A program made the position numbers and the translations under genes. From an uncultured Spirochaetota bacterium (GTDB lineage Bacteria > Spirochaetota > Brevinematia > Brevinematales > JAOACQ01), in the NCBI GenBank assembly GCA_963783575.1, contig CAWAOD010000015.1:32001-96000 (forward strand): 64,000 bases of DNA, given 5' to 3'. Below are positions 7,801 to 18,029 of the stretch, in pieces. Under the pieces are notes generated by a model. The model searched no databases and was not told the DNA's origin. It saw nothing but the letters and a program-made list of their open reading frames with translations. How positions within the stretch are numbered: the first letter of the stretch is position 1; each line of letters starts with the position of its first letter.

Positions 7801-10800
7801 ATCATATCCATAATTGACTGTCAAGCCTGTTGAATACTGTTTGTTTGTTATCCTCCCCATAGAACTGTAGGAATAGCTAATTTGAAGGTTGGTTGTGTTT
7901 GTGGATACGGCTGTTTCAAGACTTATCTGGTTCAATCCATCATACTTATAAACTACCGTTTTCCCTCCGGTCCCCGAGTGATTTTCCGCGCCAGCGGAAA
8001 ATTGTATCGAGGGGATCGTCACCATCCTGGTTCTATTCCCGTTCCCGTCATATTCATACGCCAGCGTCTCCCCGTTCTTCTCGTCATACCTGTTTGTCAG
8101 ATTCCCCGCGCTGTCATATTTATACCTGTACGCGCTGAAATTGTCGCCGGCCCATGTCAGTCTCCCCAGCCCGTCATACTGAAAGTGCTTTACATTATTA
8201 TCCGAATATGTCTTTGAAACCGGCTGGTTATTTCTGTTATAACTAGTGCTGATCGATCCCTCGCCGTTCTTTTCCAGAATAATGTTTCCGTTATTGTCAT
8301 ACTGGTATTCCGTGGTAAACCCTAAAGCCGTGGTCTCCTTAACCTTGTTTCCGCGTATATCATATTCCAGCGTTGTCCTGTTCCCCTTCGCATCAATCGC
8401 CGCAGTCATGTTCCCGAAGGTGTCATAATTATACGATGTCGTATTGTTAAGGGCGTCTTTCACCGCGATTGTCTGCTTCCCGTACCGATAGGTCGTTGTT
8501 TGGTTCGATTCCGCATCGGTAAAAACTTCAACCTCGCACTTTAAACCGCTCCCCGAGTGATTTTGCGTCAGCAAAATTGTATCGAGGGGAGCAATGCTGT
8601 ATTGGAACGATGCCCTGTTAGTCATCGCGTCCGTCGACCTTACCATTCTTCCTGCCCAGTCGAATTCCCTTGCAAGTTGATTGTTCTCCTTATCAACGGT
8701 CGTAACCGCGTTGCCGAATGAGTCGTAGATATTAGAATTGGTCCCACCGTAGGGATCAATAGATGCGGTTAGCCTGCCCAGTGAATCATATCTGAAATAG
8801 TTTGTAAAACCGTTTTTATCGGTTGCGGTCAGAACCTTCCCCATTAAATTATAAATATAATTTTCTGTATTATGATTTGCATCGGTAATTTGTATTTTAT
8901 TCCCGAATCCGTCATAGGTAATTGAGGAAGATATTGCCGCCTGATAATTCATATCGTTTTGAGAGGTTGTCACTATGTATGATCCATCCGCCGCATAAGT
9001 ATATGAGATATTAACTAAATTACCCTCCCTGTCGATCTGGCGGACGGGCCTGTTCAGATCATCGTAATAAGTATAAGCCGTATTTCCGTTATAATCTATT
9101 TCTGATGTTTTATTCCCGTAAACATCGTATCCGAAATATTTTTCGATATTATTCACATTTCTGTTGAAAAGAATCTGCCTGATAATATTACCACTGTTAT
9201 CGTATATATTGGTAGAATTAATATACTTTGTTGATCCGTCATTTCTTGATTCAAAAGTGATCCTTCCCGCAAAATCATAAGTATTGCTTATATTCAGTGC
9301 CCCGAAAGGCGTTTCCTCCGTCCTTCCGGTTTCTCTTCCGTAATAATCGTATAAATAAGATGTTGTATACCCGAATCTGTCAGTTTCCGAAATTTTCCTG
9401 CCCCAGGTATCATAAGCCGAAGACTCTCTCGAACTGTCCGGATAAATCGTATTTGTAATATTTCCCCAACAATCATACATATTGGATGTAGCGTACTGAA
9501 CCGCTGCCAATTGCCCATTGCTGAGCGTGCTCCCGCTCTCGCTTTTCCCGGTAAGGTTCCCCATCGCGTCATAAACATAGTTGTTAGTCAATGCCAACCC
9601 CGCCCCGCCATTGAGAGCCGAAGGCGCGGCAATCTCATTCGTTTTTTCTCCCAGCATGTCATACCGGTAAACAACCGTTCCCCCAAGTTCATTAGTCGCC
9701 GACACCACCCTTCCCATTTGATCGTAAACCCAATTCCTGCCGCTGACGGTGCCATTATAAATTATGCACTCGGCTGTTTTATTCCCATAGATATCAAAAT
9801 ATGTCAGGTTGGATGTATGCGATAAATTATTGATTTTATTGGTAACATTCCCCCTGAAATCATACTCGTATTTTTCGTCCCGTAAAGAATTGCCGGTAAT
9901 GATCCTCATGAGGTTCCCGTTATTATAGTATTGATATCCTGTAATCCTACCACCCTCGTTCTTCTGCAAAACCCTGCCTGCGTTATCGTAGGAAAATGTT
10001 GTCGTAAGCCCCGAAGGATCTATCTTTTGCTGCAGCATTCCGCCGCTATTGTATGAATTTGTTGTCTCACCGGAAATATCCGGGTCCGGGGTAAAATACC
10101 TCTTTTCATCGGTGATTTTTCCCGATTTGTTATAAGAATTATTGATGACCTTTACAGGATTTCCAGCGTTGAGGTTTTTCCATACCTCAACAGTATTCCC
10201 CCGAAAGTCCCTGACTTCCTGCGTCCACTCGGCCTGTCCGGCCCCATTCCCATTCACAGTTTTCCATGTCGTAATTTGTGTAAAATTTTCACTACTATAG
10301 GTTATTATTGAATAATTATAATTTACTGCCCTGCTGCTTCCAATCCCAGCCGACTCCGAAGCGTTCGTTACCCTTCCCAGCGCGTCATATTTAAATGAAT
10401 TCGTTATTCCCTTGAAATTCCAGGTAACCGCGGGCTTCCCGTTATAATAAGCCCCGCTGTCATCCGTATACTTATAAAACGTTTCCCTGCACTTTGTTGT
10501 GTTTGTAATGAAATATTTATTGGTCAGAAGCCCGCCCTGCGAATATAAATTTGTTTCAACCATGCCATTCGGATATATAACCGAGGACAGGTAACCCTCC
10601 GCAGTGTAAGAATAATTATAAACCGTTAACCCGTTCGTCACCAAAGGAGCCTGCGCTGAGCCTGCCGAAGTGACGAAGGGCCCCGCTGCTTTCCAGATCA
10701 TCCTTCCAAGATTATCATACCCGAATATGGTAGCCCCATTGTCCGGGTTGTTTACCAGGTTTGTTTCCCCAAAAGCATCAACATTGAATGTCGTAATAAA

Positions 10801-13800
10801 GTCATGCCCGCTGTCATTCCCGCTCCTGTGTATTTCCTGCAAAACACCATTATTATAGTAAAAAGCAGTCAGGTTCCCGCCGGGCGCATTTATATTTGTG
10901 ACCTGTCCAAGAGCGTTATAACCGTACGCGGTAACTCCGCTTAAAGGATTTGTCTCCCTGGCAACCCGGTTTTTTAAACTGTATTCATAACTGTATGTTT
11001 CATTCTCAGGTAAAACCTTGCGAGCGATATTACCAAACGCGTCATAATTATATGCCGTCGTACCGTTGTCGGGATTAATTTCCTGTATGATTTTTCCCGA
11101 GCCGTCATAAACATAATTATATTTATTCCCGTCAAAATCTGTCATATTTGTCATCAAACCGTTTTTATCGTAAGCAGTAGTTTTTACCTGCATAAGCGGA
11201 TTCGTTTCCGAAGTTACTTTCCCTTCAGCCGAATACGCGTATAAATTTGTGCCGCCGTCCGGCTGTATTTCCTCTTCCGGAAGACCGGCCGTATTGAATA
11301 TTGTCCCGGATATTATACCTCTGCTATGATAATAATTATATCCTGTATTATTTAATATTGTCGGGTCTGTAATTACGGTCTTAATGACCCTGTCCATCTG
11401 GTCGTAATAATACATTTCAACTCTTGATCCCCATGATTTTGTCTTCACCGGAACATTATTATAAGTCAAAGTATAGCCGTAGCTTATCGATGTATTGTCC
11501 GGCTGCTCCTCGTTTGTGATTCTTCCGCATTCATCATATTGATATGTCCAGCTTCTGGATATACCGGTATTTGTATCGATTATTGTTTTTGTTTCAAGCC
11601 CGCCCATTGCGTTGTATGTCAACACTGTTTTCAACCCATTAGGGTCTATCTCTAAAATCTGCCTGCCTTCCGCGTCAAAAGCCTTTAAAGTAATAAAGCT
11701 TCCATTACCGCCCGGTGCTATTAAACCCGGGTTGCCAAGTGCGTCATAATATACAAGGTTTGTTGTTTGATTTGCCCCGTCATCGTTAATCTCAGAAATT
11801 GGTTTATTCAAAAGGTTGTATTCGACATTTTTTGTCCTGGACCCCTGCCTGACAACCATAGGGTTGCCGAAAATATCGTATTCATAACTGGCGCTTCTCC
11901 CCGCCGGATCAGTTTCGCCGGAAACAAAACCCATTGAATTGTATGTTTTTATCCAGTTGTTAGTTTCAAAATCCTTCATATTTGTGATGTGTCCCGCAAG
12001 GTCATAGCTGTATGTTTTATAAGCAGGACTTCCGCCGGGTATTCTGTACCTCGCGCTTTCCCTGTAAAGCCTGTTTCCATATTTATATTCCCAATCCTGT
12101 TTGGTCCCATCCGGGTAAATTTCATTTATCTTATTTCCAAGGTTATCGTAATTATAGCTATGGCTATAAATAACCATGCCGTTCGAAGCCGGGTTGAATA
12201 CCGAATATATAAGGTTTGTCACATTATTTCTGAAATCGCTGTAATTGGTCGAACGATTGGTATACCGGTCTATTTTTTCCATACCGTGATTTGTGAAATA
12301 AGTGTTTGAAGAAAATAATGTCGATGCTGTAATATTTCCGCTTCCATACCCGACCGACAATGAAGTGTTCCGGCCGAGTCCGTCATATGTATAGACTTTT
12401 ACATACGATTCATTGCTTAGAATTGCCGTTTCACTTGTCATCCTGCCCATAAGATCATATACATAACTTACGGATTTACCGCTGTTCGTGTCGGTTTGAT
12501 TTGTTAACAGTCCGATACCGTTGTAAGCATAGCTTATATCCGCAACATTGCTGGAAATGATAACAGCCGGACTGTTAAACCCCCTGCCTGTCATCTTCTG
12601 GTTTGTCAGGTTGCCTGCCACATCATAAGAATAACTGTAAGCATAACTGTGATTTTCCTGATCCAGGTCTTTTTCTGTCTGCCTATCATTAACGTCATAC
12701 TTATAAACTATCTTCTTTTTCCCGTCCTTGTCATAGCTTTCCTGTGTTTTATTCCCGTTAGTATCATACCAGTAATTGACTTCATTATTGTTCGGGAAAC
12801 TCACTTTTGAAAGCCTTCCGCAATAATCGTAATAAAACCTTGTCGTATTGCCGTTAGGATCAGTTACAGCGGTCTTTTCCCCCCAGGCGTCGTACGCCGC
12901 TCTGTTTGTCGAGCATCCCTGGATGCCCTGGCTTATTACATTACCCCTAGCGTCGTATTGATAAAAATTTGTAACCAGATCCGCTCGGTTCTCTGTCAGG
13001 ACTTTTCCGTAAATATCGTTTTGGTATAAATAAACCCCGTTATCCGGATTGATGATCTTAGCTAAGTTATGATCTTTATCACAAACATAAGTGGTTTGAC
13101 AACCGTACATATCGGTACTTGTTTTTGTATAACCTCCGCCTTCTTGGTAGTTAAATATAATAGTCGCCAGGTTATAAAGGAGCTTACCGCCCGATCTGTA
13201 GAAACCCTGGCTTGTCAATTCCCCGTTTGTATCGTAGCTCATATGGAATTCGGTTTTATCGGGCTGGACGATTTTTGTCGGCCTGCCGAGATATTTGGCT
13301 GTTGTATCGGAGTATTCATATTTCCATCGCAAACCGGGCACAGTTTTATTTGTTACGTTTCCGAACTCGTCATAAATATAACTGTATGCGTTTGTAAGTT
13401 CATTCGTAAAATATGTCATGTTCCCTTTTTCATCATAAGAAATACTTACTTCGGATAAATTTGGATATCGAATATATGTAACCCTCCTGTCATCATAATT
13501 TGTGAGGGTATTATCATATCTAAATTTAAAGCCATTACCGTTCAGATTTGTGAAAAATGTATTGCCGGGGGTATAGTCGAATGTTCCTACCCAATAAGGC
13601 GTATGAACCGACACAGCCCTATACCGGCTCTCAATGTTAGTGACATTGAATTCATTCGTGTTTGTATTTGTATAATCAAAGTAAGTATAAGATGAATTTC
13701 TGTATACATTACCATCGAATTCGCTGCTGGAATTTAAAAGAGCAATCCAGCTGAACATCCTCCCCGCGTTGTAATCCATTATTTGTAAGTCTATTTCCTT

Positions 13801-16092
13801 TAAGCTGTTCTGCATATCCTGGATCTGCTGATTCAGGTATTCCACCTGAAGGTTGTAATAATCTTCAGAATAATTATACGTCTTTGAATATTGATAATTT
13901 GCTGACTGTAAAATAGTTAGCCAGTTTATTATACTATTTGTCATTTGCTGGTATTCGGCAAGAGTGTTTATTTGATTTGTTTGATTATTAATAAGATTGG
14001 AATTATATTGATCCCAGGATAGTATACCTTTATCATATTCGAATTTTAAATAATACTGCCTTACTTGATTGTATATGGAAAGAGCATAGGGGTAGCCTGC
14101 AGGAGTATTATTTGTCGCCAAAAAACCATAAACCGCGTTTGAGATATCGCTTAAATTTAATTTTAAATTCGTTGATTGCCCTGAGAGTTCGCTTTTGTAT
14201 TTATTAATATTTGAAATATTTATATTTATATTAGATATACCTTTTAACAGTTCATTTTTATTGCTTATCATCGTATTAGTCATAGCGACCAGGTTTGATG
14301 AATTTGGGTCGCAGGCAAGAACATTGCTGTAATTAAATGTGTATTTAAGAGAGCTGCCGTCAATTGTAAGGTTCAGGCGTTCCAGATTCCGGTTTTCACC
14401 GGTAAATGTAAGGTCAGCCCTATTCGATTTATCTATTGCAATGCTATTGATCAGGTTTCTCTCCGAATCACTTTCATTCTGCTCTTCATTCCTCTGAAAA
14501 TCCACTTCATCCACCTGGGTGCCGCCGGGGGAAAATGTTTTGACGGTTATAAGTTTCTGGAATGAGTTATAATCATAGGTTTTGTAAGCCCCGAAACGGT
14601 TGTAATTTGTCTGAAGCGCATATCCCGCATAAATATCAGGCGTACCCGGGGTGCTTCTTCTGAAAGAATGTATCTTTCCGTCCGCTGTATAGTAGCTGAC
14701 GCTCCACCCAAAGGTAGTATTGTCCGAAAGCCATTTACGGATATCCGAAATAAAATCGTTTGTATTGATAAGCAATGTATTCCTGTTTATTGAATTTGTC
14801 AGGAAAGCTGTATTTACCAATGATGCGGCGGCGTCCCCGAACAGCCCTTTGGTTATATTGGTTCCATTGTTTGTTTCAAAAATGTTTGTTATATAACCTT
14901 CCTGTTTAAAACCATATGTAACATTTGTATAAGGTCCGCCTTGATTTGTAAGAATACTGGTTGTTGATTCCCATACTTCATTTGGACTATAATTTGTAAC
15001 AGTATGCTTTGCTAAATCCGGGCAGATGGTATATCCGTAAATATTGTTAGTAGAACTTGCAATATTGGTAATCACTTCATTTACAGAATTTTCCCCGCTG
15101 TTCAGAAATCCTCCGAATTTCAGAATATCCCCCGCGGAGGTTACAACTACTATCACGCTGTCCTGTGTTCCGAACGCCCCGAAAATCCTGATATCACTGA
15201 AATATCCGCCGTCCGTCGTATCGCCCTTCCTGATAAACTGGTTGCTTGAATTCGCGATCATTTTGTAATAATCATACATTCTGGGAGGACCCCCGAATAA
15301 ATGCATAAATGCCGCCATAGTGGCCGCTGAATCAGCTTCGCTTTGCCCGATATACTGGAACTTCTGCGAAACCCCGCTTCCGTCCTGAATGATCACCTCG
15401 TTCTTCTCAAAACTGTACCAGAAGGAATAGTTTTCAGTTAAAAACCATCCAGGCCCCATACCAACATTGCCTGAATATTGTGAACCGTACCTCGCGGAAA
15501 GCTGTATCGGTATCAGGTGGTCATTCCCCACAGGAGTCCGGTAGATCAGAATATTTTTAGACAATTCGCCTGTTACCGGATCGACAAAATCCCCATAAAA
15601 CCCTTTTTCTATCCTGTGCAGTTCGTCCTGGCAGGAATTCCCATAATACTTCGCCGGGTCGCCGAGCTTAAGTTTTATTCCTTCCTGCGATTCCTTCTGA
15701 AAATTCGCAGGATTGGGTACTTCATTGTCCAGAATCCCTTCAATAGCCGTAGGATCTGCATCCTGGCCGGCGCTGAATGCGTAATACCTCTGCAGATGGT
15801 ATTTTTTATAATACATATCCTGGAATGTATTAAGCGCCTTTTCCGTCTCATTATTCCAGAAACCGCTTTCATCTATAGGATTATAATTTGTCAGATTAAA
15901 TGAAAGGACCTTATTCAGTTTTTTCTGAATCCCTTTCAAGCTCTCACTGTATAAATAAGGATTTTTATCATCGTTTTTCTGAACAATATCAATTTTATTC
16001 CGCGTTACGACAAGGCAGAGATTGCTTCCCGCCCATATAAGCGCCAATAATGTAAAAAATAAAAACAAGGTTATTACAACTTTCCTCATCAT
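4855..16092 (-). CDS. Giant RHS/YD-repeat polymorphic toxin with Sec signal peptide, PG-binding-like N-terminal domain and ~600 aa C-terminal extension
   Basis: Dozens of YD..G repeats; Rhs core YTGHYFDSESKLYYARARFLDPSTGRFITQDP...NWYVYGLNNPMTFWDPYGE; GGAGG RBS favours ATG at 16092 (MMRKVVITLFLFF) over 16116. Confidence 0.92.
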   Translation of the reverse strand: MMRKVVITLFLFFTLLALIWAGSNLCLVVTRNKIDIVQKNDDKNPYLYSESLKGIQKKLNKVLSFNLTNYNPIDESGFWNNETEKALNTFQDMYYKKYHLQRYYAFSAGQDADPTAIEGILDNEVPNPANFQKESQEGIKLKLGDPAKYYGNSCQDELHRIEKGFYGDFVDPVTGELSKNILIYRTPVGNDHLIPIQLSARYGSQYSGNVGMGPGWFLTENYSFWYSFEKNEVIIQDGSGVSQKFQYIGQSEADSAATMAAFMHLFGGPPRMYDYYKMIANSSNQFIRKGDTTDGGYFSDIRIFGAFGTQDSVIVVVTSAGDILKFGGFLNSGENSVNEVITNIASSTNNIYGYTICPDLAKHTVTNYSPNEVWESTTSILTNQGGPYTNVTYGFKQEGYITNIFETNNGTNITKGLFGDAAASLVNTAFLTNSINRNTLLINTNDFISDIRKWLSDNTTFGWSVSYYTADGKIHSFRRSTPGTPDIYAGYALQTNYNRFGAYKTYDYNSFQKLITVKTFSPGGTQVDEVDFQRNEEQNESDSERNLINSIAIDKSNRADLTFTGENRNLERLNLTIDGSSLKYTFNYSNVLACDPNSSNLVAMTNTMISNKNELLKGISNININISNINKYKSELSGQSTNLKLNLSDISNAVYGFLATNNTPAGYPYALSIYNQVRQYYLKFEYDKGILSWDQYNSNLINNQTNQINTLAEYQQMTNSIINWLTILQSANYQYSKTYNYSEDYYNLQVEYLNQQIQDMQNSLKEIDLQIMDYNAGRMFSWIALLNSSSEFDGNVYRNSSYTYFDYTNTNTNEFNVTNIESRYRAVSVHTPYWVGTFDYTPGNTFFTNLNGNGFKFRYDNTLTNYDDRRVTYIRYPNLSEVSISYDEKGNMTYFTNELTNAYSYIYDEFGNVTNKTVPGLRWKYEYSDTTAKYLGRPTKIVQPDKTEFHMSYDTNGELTSQGFYRSGGKLLYNLATIIFNYQEGGGYTKTSTDMYGCQTTYVCDKDHNLAKIINPDNGVYLYQNDIYGKVLTENRADLVTNFYQYDARGNVISQGIQGCSTNRAAYDAWGEKTAVTDPNGNTTRFYYDYCGRLSKVSFPNNNEVNYWYDTNGNKTQESYDKDGKKKIVYKYDVNDRQTEKDLDQENHSYAYSYSYDVAGNLTNQKMTGRGFNSPAVIISSNVADISYAYNGIGLLTNQTDTNSGKSVSYVYDLMGRMTSETAILSNESYVKVYTYDGLGRNTSLSVGYGSGNITASTLFSSNTYFTNHGMEKIDRYTNRSTNYSDFRNNVTNLIYSVFNPASNGMVIYSHSYNYDNLGNKINEIYPDGTKQDWEYKYGNRLYRESARYRIPGGSPAYKTYSYDLAGHITNMKDFETNNWIKTYNSMGFVSGETDPAGRSASYEYDIFGNPMVVRQGSRTKNVEYNLLNKPISEINDDGANQTTNLVYYDALGNPGLIAPGGNGSFITLKAFDAEGRQILEIDPNGLKTVLTYNAMGGLETKTIIDTNTGISRSWTYQYDECGRITNEEQPDNTSISYGYTLTYNNVPVKTKSWGSRVEMYYYDQMDRVIKTVITDPTILNNTGYNYYHSRGIISGTIFNTAGLPEEEIQPDGGTNLYAYSAEGKVTSETNPLMQVKTTAYDKNGLMTNMTDFDGNKYNYVYDGSGKIIQEINPDNGTTAYNYDAFGNIARKVLPENETYSYEYSLKNRVARETNPLSGVTAYGYNALGQVTNINAPGGNLTAFYYNNGVLQEIHRSGNDSGHDFITTFNVDAFGETNLVNNPDNGATIFGYDNLGRMIWKAAGPFVTSAGSAQAPLVTNGLTVYNYSYTAEGYLSSVIYPNGMVETNLYSQGGLLTNKYFITNTTKCRETFYKYTDDSGAYYNGKPAVTWNFKGITNSFKYDALGRVTNASESAGIGSSRAVNYNYSIITYSSENFTQITTWKTVNGNGAGQAEWTQEVRDFRGNTVEVWKNLNAGNPVKVINNSYNKSGKITDEKRYFTPDPDISGETTNSYNSGGMLQQKIDPSGLTTTFSYDNAGRVLQKNEGGRITGYQYYNNGNLMRIITGNSLRDEKYEYDFRGNVTNKINNLSHTSNLTYFDIYGNKTAECIIYNGTVSGRNWVYDQMGRVVSATNELGGTVVYRYDMLGEKTNEIAAPSALNGGAGLALTNNYVYDAMGNLTGKSESGSTLSNGQLAAVQYATSNMYDCWGNITNTIYPDSSRESSAYDTWGRKISETDRFGYTTSYLYDYYGRETGRTEETPFGALNISNTYDFAGRITFESRNDGSTKYINSTNIYDNSGNIIRQILFNRNVNNIEKYFGYDVYGNKTSEIDYNGNTAYTYYDDLNRPVRQIDREGNLVNISYTYAADGSYIVTTSQNDMNYQAAISSSITYDGFGNKIQITDANHNTENYIYNLMGKVLTATDKNGFTNYFRYDSLGRLTASIDPYGGTNSNIYDSFGNAVTTVDKENNQLAREFDWAGRMVRSTDAMTNRASFQYSIAPLDTILLTQNHSGSGLKCEVEVFTDAESNQTTTYRYGKQTIAVKDALNNTTSYNYDTFGNMTAAIDAKGNRTTLEYDIRGNKVKETTALGFTTEYQYDNNGNIILEKNGEGSISTSYNRNNQPVSKTYSDNNVKHFQYDGLGRLTWAGDNFSAYRYKYDSAGNLTNRYDEKNGETLAYEYDGNGNRTRMVTIPSIQFSAGAENHSGTGGKTVVYKYDGLNQISLETAVSTNTTNLQISYSYSSMGRITNKQYSTGLTVNYGYDNIYRLTSISNTTNASSALRQAQYTSSAQVQFLSSYGYTYDKVGNRTKETVSEAGAQLCVSTFQYDKTYRLVSANYGLSNSEVFSYDACGNRLVKTTSFYSTPTNQIATPSACNNITHYTYDNDNRLMLEQSTKGSVSYTYDRAGRLVKKDGSGKTERFKYDSRDLMTEYNLLENGNTTITKNVYDVNNLRISKNETSDAAGSIDQPAIRFVYDGQNILFDDSTFYLNNIMINSYEAEISVKTSVYLKDAQGSVRGELYDSPITINTHSFSYQTYDYTAFGEQIASNPGPLSKSGEGETNSSSSSVKEGISYTGHYFDSESKLYYARARFLDPSTGRFITQDPIQDPDKRYGPAGLNWYVYGLNNPMTFWDPYGEDIISSLFMGASMGQVSSTALGDDVMSNAVGAMFEAKDSSYQGVSLDCYNYVNEQVNPNYEEFIGIDLGFVKYGYGKSKNEGYYIEEGSSLEVNLAPIGAPVYFGGGVDFKHSYTYRTETFNWNVNAGIGIGDPKYLQVGAGLSFGGTMERSLNGDEYDRMWKSQSEYIGTNAGITSNGANIGLHAQWNYGEYGEYEGMNYGFGLSYGYNQQTGYNQGFDIGAGMDWYYDKNGNYRGRTENANIGYGFTDYAGLQASATSGYLDGQRVGSLNSNFYFDPAKIIMNKLGDDVNLERELEYYKNLMDAMEYNLSNPVPATPEVAAEFNNQTPISPPSSVAGNTPSIEATSLHTGNYANDYGANINPITGSVNYANDYNAPINPNYTDNPTNYRDTSWHGQESLNKVNDAFQEFKNQYKNGKIPFNSLTYDSIKDFADDHNMTDAERLYFTERIAYDNPAFNPTTTSKLVWVGIFPSIETKTQTYCDRYASYVTKLYTGNSDLETVGHWGVPYATKYFTDNSYGTMDANQGYDVQEMANHGQLVYVANDNHMALLAPGKGVYVTYQEEDYYAPAIAQQGRDNILNNLTPNGTLNYGFRTSVIPDLTYYFSK

Positions 16093-16109
16093 CTCTGATT
16101 CCTCCGGCA

Positions 16110-16151
16110 GCCTCATCCTCCTGCCCCCTTCTCCACTCGCGAAGAAGGAGG
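16110..16151. repeat. Degenerate REP-like palindrome
   Basis: gcctcatcctcctgcccccttctccactcgcgaagaaggagg, decayed copy of 17605-17647. Confidence 0.7.
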
Positions 16152-16158
16152 TTGAAGA

Positions 16159-16453
16159 TTAAATATTTTTGATTTTATTAATAACAGCTTTAATATTATC
16201 CATAATCTCTTCATTTTTTATGCGAACAACTTTTACACCCATGTTTTTCATAATATAATCCCTGAATTCATCATATAGTCTAATATTTTCTATCATATAA
16301 TTTGATAACTTAATACTAGTTATCCAAGTAGAATCTGCTCTATAACCTCCCCTCCTGCGGAGGGGAAAATACTACCCATAACTTCTTCCCACAATTTTGA
16401 TTCCGCTTTTGTTTGGTTTATTCTCAATCTCTCGCTTATTCTGTATAATTCAT
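16159..16453 (-). pseudogene. Decayed DUF559 endonuclease paralog
   Basis: Starts ATGAATTATACAGAA and then hits a stop; retains KAESKLWEEV and GVKVVRIKNEEIMDNIKAVINKIKNI*, matching 17653-17997; middle altered, with a palindrome at ~16346-16366. Confidence 0.8.
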
Positions 16454-16472
16454 ATACTTTCCTTCCCTCCCG

Positions 16473-16555
16473 CTCCCCTCTCCGCACTTTGGAGAGAGAG
16501 CCTGTCCTGAGTACCCCAGCTCGGCTGGGGATGTCGAAGGAGGCCGGGGGTGAGG
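16473..16555. repeat. REP-like palindrome carrying a nested second palindromic insert
   Basis: ctcccctctcc...ggagagagag[cctgtcctgagtaccccagctcggctggggatgtcgaagg]aggccgggggtgagg. Confidence 0.7.
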
Positions 16556-17581
16556 TTAAAAATCCACGCTCATAACACTGCTTATCCCTTCGAGGTCAGT
16601 TCCGTTAAAAGACATAAAACCGTCTTCTTTTTTCCAAACTCCATTGCCTGCTTTAATCCAGAGACAACCGTTTTCATCCAGCTTCCATTCCCCGAGTTTA
16701 ACATAGTCCTCAAAATGGTAATACTTATGCCTGTTATATTTATTCATTTTCCACACAATCCGACCTTTCTGTTTGCCGGCTAATATATTTCCGTCATATT
16801 TGCCGTTGGTTGTAAATTCCAGGTTAACCGTAAGATTGGATTCCTTTACTATCATCTCAATATTCTTGACATCCACACCAAGCAAGTCCCAGCGTCTTGC
16901 GTATATTTCCGCCCCCCCTCTATAAGTAACTTCACGAACAAAGTAATACATATTGGCAATCCATCCAAGCTGTTCATCCCGGTATCCCTGTATAAACTTC
17001 TTTTTTACATCATCAATATTCGTTATTGAGTATTTCTTTCCCCCGTTCCAGAACTCAATCCCGCTTAAAGCCGCCAGGCCATCATTATACCCCGAATAAA
17101 CTGAAAGCACTTCAAATCTCCATTTTAAAGCCTCGACAGGCCTGTCCGTATTAAAAACCTGATTTTCAGCCGTATCGTTCAAAATTATGCTGCCGTTGGT
17201 AATTTCGTTTGTGACATCTATTCCATTCGAAATTTTCTTTTCGGATGTAATAACCCTGATTTCCTTAATATAAAGATAATTTGTATTGGAAATATTCCCA
17301 TTTTTAATAACTATCTCATCCACCGGGTATGTATCTTTAAAATAAACATCAAAAGCCGGATATTCATTTGTGTTTTTTGCCGAAAAATAAATTAAAGACG
17401 GTGTATCATCATTTTCATCCAGTAAATTTAATGCCGTGCTTTTAAACAGGTCATTTGTATCATAAATGGACCAAATTTTACCTCTCCACAGCCCATAATT
17501 ATCCTCAATATTCAGCTCGAGGCTATGAGAAAGGCCCGATGTAATTATCATAATCACAAAAACAATAACTTTTTTCTTCAT
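16556..17581 (-). CDS. Secreted protein with discoidin-like (NADase-type glycan-binding) domain
   Basis: Signal peptide MKKKVIVFVIMIITSGLSHS; motifs NLLDENDDT, EIVIKNG, LNDTAENQ, FEVLSVYSG...LSGIEF; start moved from 17611 (inside a REP) to 17581. Confidence 0.65.
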   Translation of the reverse strand: MKKKVIVFVIMIITSGLSHSLELNIEDNYGLWRGKIWSIYDTNDLFKSTALNLLDENDDTPSLIYFSAKNTNEYPAFDVYFKDTYPVDEIVIKNGNISNTNYLYIKEIRVITSEKKISNGIDVTNEITNGSIILNDTAENQVFNTDRPVEALKWRFEVLSVYSGYNDGLAALSGIEFWNGGKKYSITNIDDVKKKFIQGYRDEQLGWIANMYYFVREVTYRGGAEIYARRWDLLGVDVKNIEMIVKESNLTVNLEFTTNGKYDGNILAGKQKGRIVWKMNKYNRHKYYHFEDYVKLGEWKLDENGCLWIKAGNGVWKKEDGFMSFNGTDLEGISSVMSVDF

Positions 17582-17604
17582 AGTAATCTTCCTTTTGTTC
17601 TTCA

Positions 17605-17647
17605 GCCTCATCCCCCGGCCCCCTTCTCCGCTTGCGGAGAAGGGGGT
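17605..17647. repeat. REP-like palindrome
   Basis: gcctcatcccccggcccccttctccgcttgcggagaagggggt; inverted partner of 18030-18068. Confidence 0.8.
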
Positions 17648-17652
17648 ATAGA

Positions 17653-17997
17653 TTAGATGTTTTTAATTTTATTTACAACTGCATCAATATTCTTCATAAT
17701 TTCTTCATTTTTTATGCGGATAACTTTCAAACCGAGGTTGTTCATCATATAATTCCTGAATGTATCATATTCTTTTTGATCCTCATGAATCTTTCCATCT
17801 ATTTCTATAACCAGATTTTTTTCATGACAATAAAAATCAGCATAAAATGCATGTGTATTCCCTGAATAATTAAATATTATAGGTTTTTGTCTTACAATTT
17901 TTAAGCCAGTCTTCCGGTTTCTGACTTCTTCCCACAATTTAGCTTCAGCTTTTGTAAGATTTCTTCTTAATTCCCTTGCTTTCGCAGTATAATTCAT
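17653..17997 (-). CDS. DUF559 / Vsr-like PD-(D/E)XK endonuclease domain protein
   Basis: ARELRRNLTKAEAKLW...RQKPI...YADFYCHEKNLVIEIDGKIH...GLKVIRIKNEEI. Confidence 0.9.
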   Translation of the reverse strand: MNYTAKARELRRNLTKAEAKLWEEVRNRKTGLKIVRQKPIIFNYSGNTHAFYADFYCHEKNLVIEIDGKIHEDQKEYDTFRNYMMNNLGLKVIRIKNEEIMKNIDAVVNKIKNI

Positions 17998-18029
17998 ATA
18001 TTATCTTCTCCGTCTCCCAATTCCAATCT

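Noticed and set aside
17653..17997. DUF559 gene as a restriction or Vsr repair gene
   Set aside because: No methyltransferase nearby; REP flanking suggests a mobile cassette instead
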